Shown here: positions 1 to 11,452 of the stretch, one piece after another
Layout: the number at the start of each line of letters is the position of its first letter
Numbering within the stretch: the stretch's first letter is position 1
Assembly (NCBI GenBank): GCA_965178125.1
Contig: OZ237735.1
Coordinates: 1,922,001 to 1,986,000, forward strand
DNA length: 64,000 nt
Origin: Bilabrum cf. latius
Taxonomy: Eukaryota
Reading direction: 5' to 3'
Position numbers and translations under genes: made by a program
The notes under the pieces: model-generated
The model's database searches: none
Told to the model about the DNA's origin: nothing
Seen by the model: the letters and a program-made list of their open reading frames with translations, nothing else

Positions 1-1477
1 AATGATGCCACCTGACCCTCCAGCTCCTCCTGACGAGACTTGCCGCCAGACTCAGACTCACGGGCTGCCGACAGCTCCTCCTGCAATGACGCCACCTGAC
101 CCTCCAGCTCCTGCTGGCGAGACCCGGCCTCACGGGCTGCCGACAGCTCCTCCTGCAATGACGCCACCTGACCCTCCAGCTCCTGCTGGCGAGACCCGGC
201 CTCACGGGCTGCCGACAGCTCCTCCTGCAATGACGCCACCTGACCCTCCAGCTCCTGCTGGCGAGACCCGGCCTCACGGGCTGCCGACAGCTCCTCCTGC
301 AATGACGCCACCTGACCCTCCAGCTCCTCCTGACGAGACTTGCCGCCAGACTCAGACTCACGGGCCGCCGACAGCTCCTCCTGCAATGACGCCACCTGAC
401 CCTCCAGCTCCTGCTGGCGAGACCCGGCCTCACGGGCTGCCGACAGCTCCTCCTGCAATGACGCCACCTGACCCTCCAGCTCCTCCTGACGAGACTTGCC
501 GCCAGACTCAGACTCACGGGCTGCCGACAGCTCCTCCTGCAATGACGCCACCTGACCCTCCAGCTCCTGCTGGCGAGACCCGGCCTCACGGGCTGCCGAC
601 AGCTCCTCCTGCAATGACGCCAACTGATCCTCCAGCTCCTCCTGACGAGACCCGGCCTCACGGGCTGCCGACAGCTCCTCCTGCAATGACGCCACCTGAC
701 CCTCCAGCTCCTCCTGACGAGACTTGCCGCCAGACTCAGACTCACGGGCCGCCGACAGCTCCTCCTGCAATGACGCCACCTGACCCTCCAGCTCCTGCTG
801 GCGAGACCCGGCCTCACGGGCTGCCGACAGCTCCTCCTGCAATGACGCCACCTGACCCTCCAGCTCTTCCTGGCGAGACCCGGCCTCACGGGCTGCCGAC
901 AGCTCCTCCTGCAATGACGCCACCTGACCCTCCAGCTCCTCCTGACGAGACCCGGCCTCACGGGCTGCCGACAGCTCCTCCTGCAATGACGCCACCTGAC
1001 CCTCCAGCTCCTCCTGACGAGACTTGCCGCCAGACTCAGACTCACGGGCCGCCGACAGCTCCTCCTGCAATGACGCCACCTGACCCTCCAGCTCCTGCTG
1101 GCGAGACCCGGCCTCACGGGCTGCCGACAGCTCCTCCTGCAATGACGCCACCTGACCCTCCAGCTCCTGCTGGCGAGACTTGCCGCCAGACTCAGACTCA
1201 CGGGCTGCCGACAGCTCCTCCTGCAATGACGCCACCTGACCCTCCAGCTCTTCCTGGCGAGACCCGGCCTCACGGGCTGCCGACAGCTCCTCCTGCAATG
1301 ACGCCACCTGACCCTCCAGCTCCTCCTGACGAGACCCGGCCTCACGGGCTGCCGACAGCTCCTCCTGCAATGACGCCACCTGACCCTCCAGCTCCTCCTG
1401 ACGAGACTTGCCGCCAGACTCAGACTCACGGGCTGCCGACAGCTCCTCCTGCAATGACGCCACCTGACCCTCTAGCT
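1..1477. repeat. Coding tandem array of ~19 mixed 84-bp and 72-bp units
   Basis: Unit aatgacgccacctgaccctccagctcct(c/g)ctg(a/g)cgagac..., followed by either ttgccgccagactcagactca (84 bp) or ccggcctca (72 bp); copies are near identical. Confidence 0.95.
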
Positions 1478-3209
1478 TGTGCTGCAATTCCAGCTTGCTC
1501 TTGGAATGATCGTCGATCTCAGCCTTCAGTTTCCGTATAGCATTGGCAGCATTATCGATATCTGATTGTAGCCGAGTAGCCTCCGCTTCAGATGCCTTGG
1601 CCCGATCTGTCGCAGCATCTCGTTCCCCTTCAAGCTCTGACAACCGGGCACTGGCAGATTTCCAATCCGCTGAGCCTGCTGACTTCACATCCGTAATCTC
1701 TCGTCTGGCATCACGCAGATTGCTCCTTAGCTCCTCTTGCTCAGTTGCACCCGCCTGAATTAATTTCTCGAGATTTTGGATGTTCTCCATGAGTTCCTGC
1801 TGACGAGACTTGCCGCCAGACTCAGACTCACGGGCCGCCGACAGCTCCTCCTGCAATGACGCCACCTGACCCTCCAGCTCCTCCTGACGAGACTTGCCGC
1901 CAGACTCAGACTCACGGGCCGCCGACAGCTCCTCCTGCAATGACGCCACCTGACCCTCCAGCTCCTCCTGACGAGACTTGCCGCCAGACTCAGACTCACG
2001 GGCCGCCGACAGCTCCTCCTGCAATGACGCCACCTGACCCTCCAGCTCCTCCTGACGAGACTTGCCGCCAGACTCAGACTCACGGGCCGCCGACAGCTCC
2101 TCCTGCAATGACGCCACCTGACCCTCCAGCTCCTGCTGGCGAGACTTGCCGCCAGACTCAGACTCACGGGCCGCCGACAGCTCCTCCTGCAATGACGCCA
2201 CCTGACCCTCCAGCTCCTCCTGACGAGACTTGCCGCCAGACTCAGACTCACGGGCCGCCGACAGCTCCTCCTGCAATGACGCCACCTGACCCTCCAGCTC
2301 CTCCTGACGAGACTTGCCGCCAGACTCAGACTCACGGGCTGCCGACAGCTCCTCCTGCAATGACGCCACCTGACCCTCCAGCTCCTCCTGACGAGACTTG
2401 CCGCCAGACTCAGACTCACGGGCCGCCGACAGCTCCTCCTGCAATGACGCCACCTGACCCTCCAGCTCCTCCTGACGAGACTTGCCGCCAGACTCAGACT
2501 CACGGGCTGCCGACAGCTCCTCCTGCAATGACGCCACCTGACCCTCCAGCTCCTGCTGGCGAGACTTGCCGCCAGACTCAGACTCACGGGCTGCCGACAG
2601 CTCCTCCTGCAATGACGCCACCTGACCCTCCAGCTCCTCCTGACGAGACTTGCCGCCAGTTGCTGTCTAGTCCTTCGCTTGTGATTGGAATGCGATCAGC
2701 TGCTCCTCGGCTCGCTCGCACTTATTCTACCATCTAGATGCTTCAGAAGCTGCCATTCGCGCAGAGTCAGCCAATGCCCGGGATTGCTCTTCGTACTCCT
2801 TCCGTTGGTTTCTCTCATCGATCATCAGGGACTTAATCTTTTCATAAGACTCTCTTGCCACCTTGAGTCGATCTCTCAGCTTTGTATTCTGCTCCTGCAA
2901 GGCGTCAAGCTCGGTGCTGTCAACGTGTCTGCGGCCAGAGCGCTCAACTTCTACAGACTTTGGGCGCTCTTCAGACGTCTACGGTTCGTCATGGGTTTGT
3001 ACTTCAATACTAGATGGCTGATCGGGCTTGACATATTCTTCTTGCGCGGATGTAGGGCTACCCTCCATTTCTTGAGTATCTCCATCAGTTAAATCTGCCA
3101 GCGCCGAATCCAAATCCCCCAACAGCTATCCCCCGCGAGTCGCTGCATCATTTAAGGCAGATGAGGCAGATTCTGTCAAGGTTTGCAATCCACCCCATAT
3201 CCCAGCCAT
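1..3209 (-). CDS. Long coiled-coil (golgin-like) protein with internal 28/24-aa tandem repeats; 3' end lies outside the window
   Basis: ATG at 3209 (MAGIWGGLQTLTESASSALNDAATRGG...). The frame is open to base 1 except for in-frame TAGs at 3126, 2979, 2727 and 2667. The repeat translates as LQEELSAARESESGGKSRQEELEGQVAS, a heptad-like E/Q/L/R-rich unit. Not shown in the ORF track. Confidence 0.8.
1795..2659. repeat. Coding tandem array of ~10 copies of the 84-bp unit
   Basis: Same unit as 1-1477 but only the 84-bp variant; separated from the first array by ~320 bp of unique, in-frame coding sequence. Confidence 0.95.
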
Positions 3210-3338
3210 GAACAGCTAGATATCTGAAAATTCTCCCTTAGCGAGCCTAGGTTCCGCTACGGGTTCAACAAGTTGCGCGGCGCCACCCAATTGGTGCACC
3301 AGACATTATTGCTCTTTATCCGAGGCAAATTCGCCGTA

Positions 3339-5837
3339 ATGGCAACTGCAGGAATTGCAACGAGGGGCAGCCTTGACTTTGAGTTGGTACGACCGCTTGT
3401 TGCTTTGCAGCCACGGTTGCGAGCGTTTCTGGCTGGGGTTCGCAAGTCAGCAGCCTCCAGCACGGCAGCTGCTGCTGACCAGTCAAGCACAGGAAATAGC
3501 GAATCAGCACTGGAATAGCAGCACGTAGCACGCAAACGTCGACGAGTGGACTCGAATGCCGAGGCTGTGGACGAAACAAGGCATGCAGCCAGGCTGTAGG
3601 CTTTGCTTGAATCTGCTAGGGCGCGGCTCGCGGTTGCCGAGAGCACTAGATCTGAGGTATCTGCGCAATGTGCACAAGACGTGGCTGAGGCAGAAGCTGC
3701 GGCGCGGGATGCATCTGCGGCACTTGCAGACGCGACCAGGCGTGAATCTGAATCACGGACTAGACTCTCCGAAGCACAAGGGCGCATTTCTGAACTCGAA
3801 GCACGTGTTCGGTAGCTATAGCAGTCTTCTGAGCGCGTTGGGCCTTCCATTGACGTTGGTGCAGGAGTCGACTGGGACGACCTGAGTACGACCAACGCAC
3901 ACAAACAGCAACTCGTACAGCTGGAGAATGTCCTGGAGCAGCAAGCATAGAGAGCCAAGGAGCGCGAGCAGGCCCTTCAATTGGAGTTGTAGACCGCTTT
4001 GCAGGAAGCGGCGCAGGCATCGTCCCTGCGAAGGCAGCTGCACGCTGCGCAAGAAGCTAGCAAGCTCGCGAGGCGGCCGGCGGTGGACAGCGAATCGCAA
4101 GGCCCGGGAGTCCCTGCCTCGGAGAGTCCAGGCTAGGCTGGCGTAGATACACTTTGGAGATAGGCTGGACAGCTCCGTCAAGAGCTTCGCGATACGAAAG
4201 CCCGGCTGCGGGAGTCAGAGCGCCGGGTGGCTGGGCTCAAGGCCAACAGAGAGAACGAGACGATGCTGGCAGAGAGGGCCGGCTAGGCGGAGGCTGCCGC
4301 AAAGCGCTCTGAAGAACGGGTGCAGGGGCTGGTTTCCGAGCTGGCTCAAGCAGGAGGCGTCTTAGCAGATGCTAAAGAAGAGGCCGACCGGTTAATGGAG
4401 GCTGTGGGCGAGCTGGCGGCCAGGGAGGGTCTGAATCTCTCCTTACGCTCATCTCCGCGGAAGTCGGCTCTGTCTTTTCCCGACGATGCGCACTCTTCTT
4501 CCTCATCGGTGGCATCATCTTCATCAGATGCCTCGTCTTCCTTGTCCAGCAGACTCCCTATGCAGCACTTGGCCTCCCTGATCGACGCAGCCAAGGACGC
4601 CCGTGCTGCGCTGACCAGCATGTCAGCCTTACGAGCCGATGCCCAGCTTGCGTTGGCGCAGGTGAAGGAAGGGTGCGCTGGAGTAGAAGAGCAGCTGCGG
4701 CTTGCACAGTCGGCCCGAGACTCTGCCCAAGCGCAGCAAGCCGCAACGGAGTCGTCTCTATCCGAGTGCAAGAGGCAGCTAGAGCTGCAGAACAGGAAGA
4801 TTGACAGACAGCAGCGAGAAATCAATGGGCTGTAGGATCTCTTGAAGTCGTACGACGACGAGGATGACGCAGCTGCTAAGCAAGTGCAAGCTTTATCCTA
4901 GTCAGCCAGCATGTCTGACAGTCCATCTGCTGGTGGCATGCAGCACATCCAGTCGCCTGGGCAGCTGCCCGTGTTCTTGAGTCCAAGGTCAAAATCAACA
5001 GCTGCCCGAGTCTCTATGCTACAGGACCAGCTGGAGGAGTCGAAACGCGAGTGCGAACGCTTGCAGGGGCAGCTGAGAGACGCGTTGCCGGCCGACCAAG
5101 CAGCTGTCATTCGCGCCGAGCTCGAGGCAGCCCGGCGCGCCCGGAAGGTTGCCGAGGCAGAAGCAGCCCAGTTGCGCGGTGCTTCCAAGCCCAGCACGAG
5201 CGTTGCTTCGCGGCGAGCAGATGTGGACCGGGAGCCTGCGTCTGGCCTCGTGCCGATGCCCAACACCAGGATCGTTCACATGAGGCAGAACCCGCTGAAG
5301 CAAGCGATTCGACAACGGATGAAAGACGACAAGGAGGCGCGTCAGGCCGCAGCAACTGCAAGCTCTTCCTCTGCCGCCGCTAGTGCGGGGGAAACTGGCG
5401 AGGCTGCTGCCGCATCGGAGCTGGATGGCTCAATTCTGTAGACGGTGCAAGGCGCCCAAGCCGTTTCGACTATGGCTGAGGCGCAGAAGCTGAGGGAGCG
5501 GCTCGTCTCTCAATTCCAGCAGCGCATGCAGAAATTCAGGGAGATCATGTACAGGGTGCTTGGCTGGAAGGTATGGATGGAGGAGTCAGGCACGGTGGGT
5601 GCATTCCAATCGGTCTACGCAGCAGATGCGAACGACGTCGTGAGGTTCGGGATCAAGACAGCGTCCGAGCAGGAAGGCGGGGCAGCGGCGGGGCTTGTGG
5701 TTGAGCTGCTGAACACAAAGTACGTCAGGGAGCTGGACGATGATCTGCTGCAGCTCGTGCACAGGTATGGTAGCTTGCCCGCGTTCATGGCCAACTTGCT
5801 GGGAACGCAGTTCTCGCAGTCCACCACCGGCATGTGA
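3339..5837 (+). CDS. MAD1: Spindle assembly checkpoint protein MAD1 (832 aa with TAG=Gln)
   Basis: ORF fragments 3273, 3603, 4320, 4911 and 5445 share one frame and are separated only by TAG (about a dozen). C-terminus shows MAD1 motifs TRIVHMRQNP, RERLVSQFQQRMQKFREIMYRVLGW, FQSVYA and SLPAFMANL. Ends in TGA. Confidence 0.88.
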
Positions 5838-6005
5838 GCGGCGACCGCTGACTGGACACGGTCCATATTGACGTTGATATTCACATGATTCCTTCGTTTT
5901 AACTTAACCGCACACCGCACTCGAACGGGTTTGCTGCTACTCGCGCCCAAGGTCTGTGCCTCGGCTGTGGGCTCACCCATCGTACCACACGTCTCTGCGA
6001 GCAGC

Positions 6006-8093
6006 TTACTCGTAGATGGGAAAGAAGCAGCCGAAGGCCAGCTCGCAGAAAACACCTGGGTCGTTGTACCGCTTGCCCAAGTCCAGCTTCTCGATCGCCG
6101 CGAGGTCCTCCTCGTCCAGCTCGAAGGACTGAGAGGCCAGGTTCTCGTACAGACGGTGCGCCTTGCTGGTCTTTGGCACAAGAGTGGTCCCTCGCTGTAC
6201 TCCCCAGCGCAGACACACTTGGGCAGGCGATACGCCGTGCTTTTCGGCGATACCACCGATCACCGGCGACACCAGAACTGAGTCTGTGGCTGTGGCCATA
6301 CCCAGCTCGACGTACGAGCCAGAGCCCAGCGGCGAGAACCCAGTCACCACAATGTCATGCTCCCTGCAGAAACGCAGCAGCTTGTTCTGCTGCAGCTGAG
6401 GGTGCAGCTCCACCTGAAGCACCTGCGGCTTGATACGCGCGTAGGACAGGACTTCCCTGACGCCCTGCGTGTTAAAGTTCGACAACCCGATGTTGCGCGC
6501 CTTGCCCGCATCCACGAGTGCCTCCATGGCCTGCCAGGTCTCCCGCATGGACACCGCATCGGGCTCCATCTTGGGACTCTCCGCCTTCTCGTCGTAGATC
6601 CACCCCGGCGGGTACCTCTCCTCCATGGGCACGAACTTGAGCGCAATGGGGAAGTGGATGAGGAAAAGGTCAACGTACTCCAGGCCCAAGTCCCTCAGGG
6701 TGCGCTCCATGGCGGGTGCCACGTGCTCCGTCTTGTGGTACGTGTTCCAGAGCTTTGACACGATGAACAGCTCCTTCCTGTCCTGGATGTACCCCCTCCT
6801 CAGCGCCAGAGCGATGCCCTCGCCCACCTCCTTCTCGTTGCCATAGTCCTGGGCGCAGTCCAGCTGCCTCCAGCCGGCGCGGATGGCATTTGCGACCTGC
6901 GAGGGGCACACCTCGTTCGGCACCTTCCACATACCGAGACCCAGAGTCGGCATCTTGTCTCCAGTCCGAGGGAGCGTGCGGGTCGGCAGGGCAGCAGCCG
7001 CCTCGAGTGCCTTGGCCTTTGTGGGCAGGATGCCCCTCCCGATGGCTGCAGAGACCTTGCGCTCGCCCTCGAACGGATTGCGAGCGTGCATGGTCACGTG
7101 GTTGTTCACGAAGATCACGTCGCCTTGCTACCACTTGACGGACACCGCCGAGGCCATCGCGAACTCGGAGATGGCCTTGAGGGCCTCTGGATCAACCGCC
7201 TCCCCGTTACCGAGGATGACGGCCTTGGTTGGATCCGGGTTCCTGGAATCGATCCAGCCGTTGAAGGCGGCTACCACGCTGTTAAAGAACACTTCTTCCC
7301 CCCCGTCGTAGCCCGGCCCGCCCGGAGCCTTTCGGATGGCGGGCAGGGCCTTGGTGGTGGTGCGGACTGCAGCGTCCTCGCCCTCTCCCAGCCACTCGAA
7401 CTCAGTGCCGGCTGCAGCCATGGCCTCCTCGGCTGCCTTACGGGTACCGCAATTATATGTATTTTTCCAAGAGCGGCCGATCGCGCTCTTGGGGTCGTCT
7501 TCGGCGGGCATGACCCGGACATATCGCACACCATGCTCAAGCATGCTGGCGTGCAGCTCCGGGTGCTTCTCCTTTACGTATGCGGCGATCGCACGGGAAT
7601 CGAAAAGAGGCGTTTCGCCCCCCTCCTTCGCTGGCACCTTGCAAAAGAAAGCGATGCAATCCGGAGGGTTGTCAGTCTGGCTCAGCTCGTGGTGTGGTGG
7701 GATGGGTTCGGAGCTCGGAGATTCATTGGCAGTCAACACCACACCCTCCACCAAGGGACGGCGCACCGCGGCCCCACCGATGTACGGCATAAGCGCCATC
7801 TAGAATGACTCGAACACGGACGCAAACTCCTCGACCGACTTCAAGCCGAAGCCGCGGAAAAGGATCGCTCCGTGCTCATGCGCAAGCTTCAGCATAGTGT
7901 CTCGCTGTTCGGCCACGTACGACGCTAGACCGACTGGGCTCGCTGTGCTACTACCATCATTAGGCTGCAGTGCGATCGGAAGGACATTGCCGTTGGAGTT
8001 CTTCTTCTATTCGGCGATCGCTGTTGCGATCACCTCCGGAGAGAACACTCCCGAAAGCTTGCTTCCTGAGCCAGATCCTGCTACTGCGGCCAT
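6006..8093 (-). CDS. Fusion of TauD/clavaminate-synthase-like Fe/2OG dioxygenase and aldo-keto reductase (695 aa)
   Basis: ATG 8093; one frame with TAG at 8007, 7800 and 7128. N-half: HGAILFRGF, PYIGGAAVR, IPPHHELSQ, GGETP, W*QGDVIFVNN, HARNPF. C-half: GLGMWK, LDCAQDYGNEKEVG, SKLWNTYH, LFLIHFP, IGLSNF, VPKTS. Ends in TAA. Confidence 0.9.
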
Positions 8094-8241
8094 GACTAGA
8101 TCAATAAATACAAGTTTTATTACAAGCAGGTGCCAATAATATACTCTTGTGTGTACTCAGTGACAAGATATGAGGGGAGAAGACCACATCGTGTACAAGA
8201 TCCAAAGGCACTCGTCACGATTTCACCTGTTGCCCTGGTTT

Positions 8242-11200
8242 TCACCTTTCCTTGCCCTGCTTCGCCTTGGCAAGAACAGTTCGTCCAGAGGGCAACGGGG
8301 AGTCTGCAAGCCCGGACCCCGACTGAGCAGATCCTATGCCCGCGGCCGAAGCGCGTCGCTGGTCTGGTGGTGCCAGCGGAGTTCCACTCTAGCTTGCGCC
8401 ACTTGCCGCTGCTACACCAGGCACAGTTGGAGCGAGCGACGGCAAGCTGTTGCGCCTTCTCTGCGGTGTTGCATGCAGGAGCGCGGTTGAGGACTGGCTT
8501 GCTGCCGCCAGGCTGCCTGAACCCACTGCCCCTAGCGCGCTGCCACTCCCACTCCTACCAGCCCCACCAGAGCTACCGCCGGTTGGGCCTGGCCTTTCTA
8601 ATGATGGACCAGCTAGTCTACCTCTACCGTTCTCTTCGATTCTTCTTTTGGGCTGCCCGCCAGCTGCCGCGCCTGCACCGGTCTCCTACTTGGTTTCTTC
8701 GTCCTCACCTGACGCACCTCTAGACACAGAGTTTCCAGTGGAAGACGATGCACCGAGCAAGGGACGACGCACGGCCTCTTCGCCACTGCCCGATCTGCCT
8801 CGTGCAAACGGCACTCGCGCACTGGATGCATTCGCGCCGCTGCTACCTGCTGCCAGCTCTGCTCGGTCTCCGGCACCTGCAACTTGGGGATTACCTGGCT
8901 CGCTGCCAGCATCCATGGCCTTGGCAGGCGACTCGATGACCCTCCCCACCGCCCTTGCAAAGCCGGACATCTGCGGCATCCCCTTGCTCTCTCTTGCCGC
9001 CTCCTCCCGGTCCATGCTGCCCATTGCCTCGCCCTTGCTCTGTGGCCCCGGCTGCCGCGCGCCACCAGCCCCAGGTGTGACGGCACCTTGCCCTGCCCCC
9101 GCATGGAGACCGCCTCCCGGGGTGCTCAACAGGCTAGCCAAGGATGCATGGTGACCCGCCGCGTTCGCCTGCCAGAATTGCTTCGGGTGCTGCCCGCCAG
9201 CCGCTGTGCTGCTCGAGCCAGCGCCCACCCTCGACGTCGCCTGCTTGATGATGGACGAGGCCTTTCTCTCCTTCTCTAGCTGCGCGAATTCTTCGACCGC
9301 ATCAGTGATCTTTGCCATTACTTCACTGAGCTCGTTGAGCCTGTTCTCCATTCTCTCGTCGTCGTCCTCGTCGTCCTGGAAGAGCTGCTCCTCCTCTTCG
9401 TGCTCGTGCTCTAGCTCAGATTTTGCATCGGCGATGGCGGCCGTGATGGCACCCACGAACAGGTTTAGAACGAAGAACGTTGAAATGATGACGACCGCAA
9501 CGAAGAAGAGGGATGCGACCCAACCGTGCGCCTGTGGGTGGAAACGAGCGCAAGAGGTGAGCAAATCATGCAGCCAGCAGCCAATTCCGCGATCCACGCC
9601 TAGACATTGTCTAGGAGGCTCGCTGGACCGGACACTCACCGTTGGAGCTGTGCACTCGTTCGGAAAGGCATCGTAACCGAAGTTGTCGCAGCCAAACATG
9701 GCCGTGTACCTGCGGGGCACGCATTGGGTGGTGGCATGGTTGCAGATAGGGAAAAGTCGACGGGTGTTCACAATGGAGTTGCGGCAAAGACGGGCCTTCG
9801 ATGAATCAACGCGCAGGCCACAGCCAAGCAAGCAGCACGGCTGCCTGCGGCAGAACTAGCGATATCCAGTGACAGTGCGACGGTCCCGCCACGAGGAGTA
9901 CTCGTGGGCGCTGGCCAAGACTTGGCGCGAGGCAGAGGGGCGATGAGCACTCACGCAACCTGCGAGGGGGAAAGGGGGTTGATGGTGAACTGGCAGATCA
10001 TGAACGAGATGAGATGATCCAGCAAGCAGCTATCCAATCAATGCTGGTGCGATTGCAAGCACCGTGACAAGTCCCTGCCATGTACCTCAATTTGGTACAA
10101 GAGGCGAGCGGCCCTCGACGAGCAAGCCTGGAGAAACCAGGATTGGCAAACAAGCATCCTGGATCACGCGGCTCACATCAGTCCAGTCGTCGCCCACACT
10201 GACCCTAAACAGGGTAAGCATGGCCATGTGCAGAGATCCCATGAATTTAGGGTCATTTTTGCCAAACAGAGTTACGCCAAGCACCTGCGGTGTTGTTGGG
10301 TGGGGGGTGCGAGGATAGCTGGGGGATATTACGATGGACTGCGCAGCAAGGCGCGTGCGATACAGCTGCGGCAATTGCACAGAGTATACCACCAAGACGC
10401 TATAACTTCAGACCAGCTGCGTGCCCCCAGCAACATCTGCATGGTGCAATCGCCCATGAATCGACGGTCGCCGCGCTGCATTGAAAGCCTGTCCTCACAG
10501 CGAATAGGTAGAAGCAGAGCAGCAGAAGCAGGCCAATGTACCCGATGGAGCCAAACGCGCTCGCAAGGCCTTGCACCAGAATCCTTAGCTGTGGAAGAGC
10601 TCGGACGAGTTTCAGCACTCGGCCCAGCCTGATGAGACGCAGTGCCACAATTGCCTGGCCACCGAAGGGCAGTAGAGAGAGCGCCAGAATCAGGAAGTCG
10701 AAGATGTTCCACCTGCAAATTGTAGGACCAACCGAGCTACCGGTACAAAAGATGGCATTAACTTTGCGCGAATTTGATCGTTTAGTTTAAAATGTCTGCA
10801 TCCATCGTCCTCACCTATCGAAGAAATAGCGCCACGGGTACACACCCTCGGCGACCACCTTGATCAGAAACTCCAATATGAAAACGCCAATAATGCTCCA
10901 GTCCAGGTAGTCAAGGGCAGTCACAACTCTTGGATCATTAATATCATAAGTCTGTACACCAACTAGGATGCCTGCAAGCAGGATGAATCCAATGATAGTT
11001 CCTGTAAACCACTACGAATCCCGGACGCCACGCATCCAGTACACTAAAGTATTGTGAGTTTCGCTACCACAGCAGCCAAGAAAGTCCGGTGCCTGCGGGA
11101 AATGCGTTCGATCGCAGCTAATACTCAATTAAAATCGCGTGAGATGTGTATTGGGGTGAAACGCAACGATGTGCTCACGGCCCCCCTTCCACTCTACCGT

Positions 11201-11253
11201 CGCTTCCGAATTTCCCTGTACTTGATCATGCGTTTGTCCTCTTCTCTCTACAT
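8242..11253 (-). CDS. Single-domain (6TM) voltage-gated cation channel, BacNav/EukCat/CatSper-like, with ~5 introns and a long low-complexity C-tail
   Basis: Spliced exons give S1 WFTGTIIGFILLAGILVGVQTY, S2 IFILEFLIKV-type helix, S3 WNIFDFLI, S4 LRLIRLGRVLKLVR, S5, pore LTLFRVSVGDDWTDV and S6 FFVLNLFVGAI. GT-AG introns include 11093-11178. The tail reads through TAGs to TGA at 8242. Start codon uncertain. Confidence 0.85.
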
Positions 11254-11452
11254 ATGTGCCGCGGCTGCCGCACGGCTGCGCGTGCGGTAAGATGGAAAAA
11301 CATCGCGACCTTCCGGTGGAGATCATTCTAGCATCCTTTAGAGCAGTTGCGCTATACTCACGCTACGATCGGCATGATAAAACCAATACAATGGGAATAT
11401 ACTAATGAAACTTGGACTTTGTGCGAAAGAGGTTTCAGTATGCTCGCAAAAT

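Noticed and set aside
1-2659. CRISPR-like array
   Set aside because: Units are contiguous with no unique spacers, are multiples of 3, and encode protein; no cas genes; eukaryotic context.
2-2737. Pro-rich + strand ORFs (2-1540, 1856-2737) and the Arg/Cys-rich minus ORF 1760-2587
   Set aside because: Shadow frames of the repeat. The minus-strand coiled-coil frame is the one that stays open through the unique spacer and connects to an ATG at 3209.
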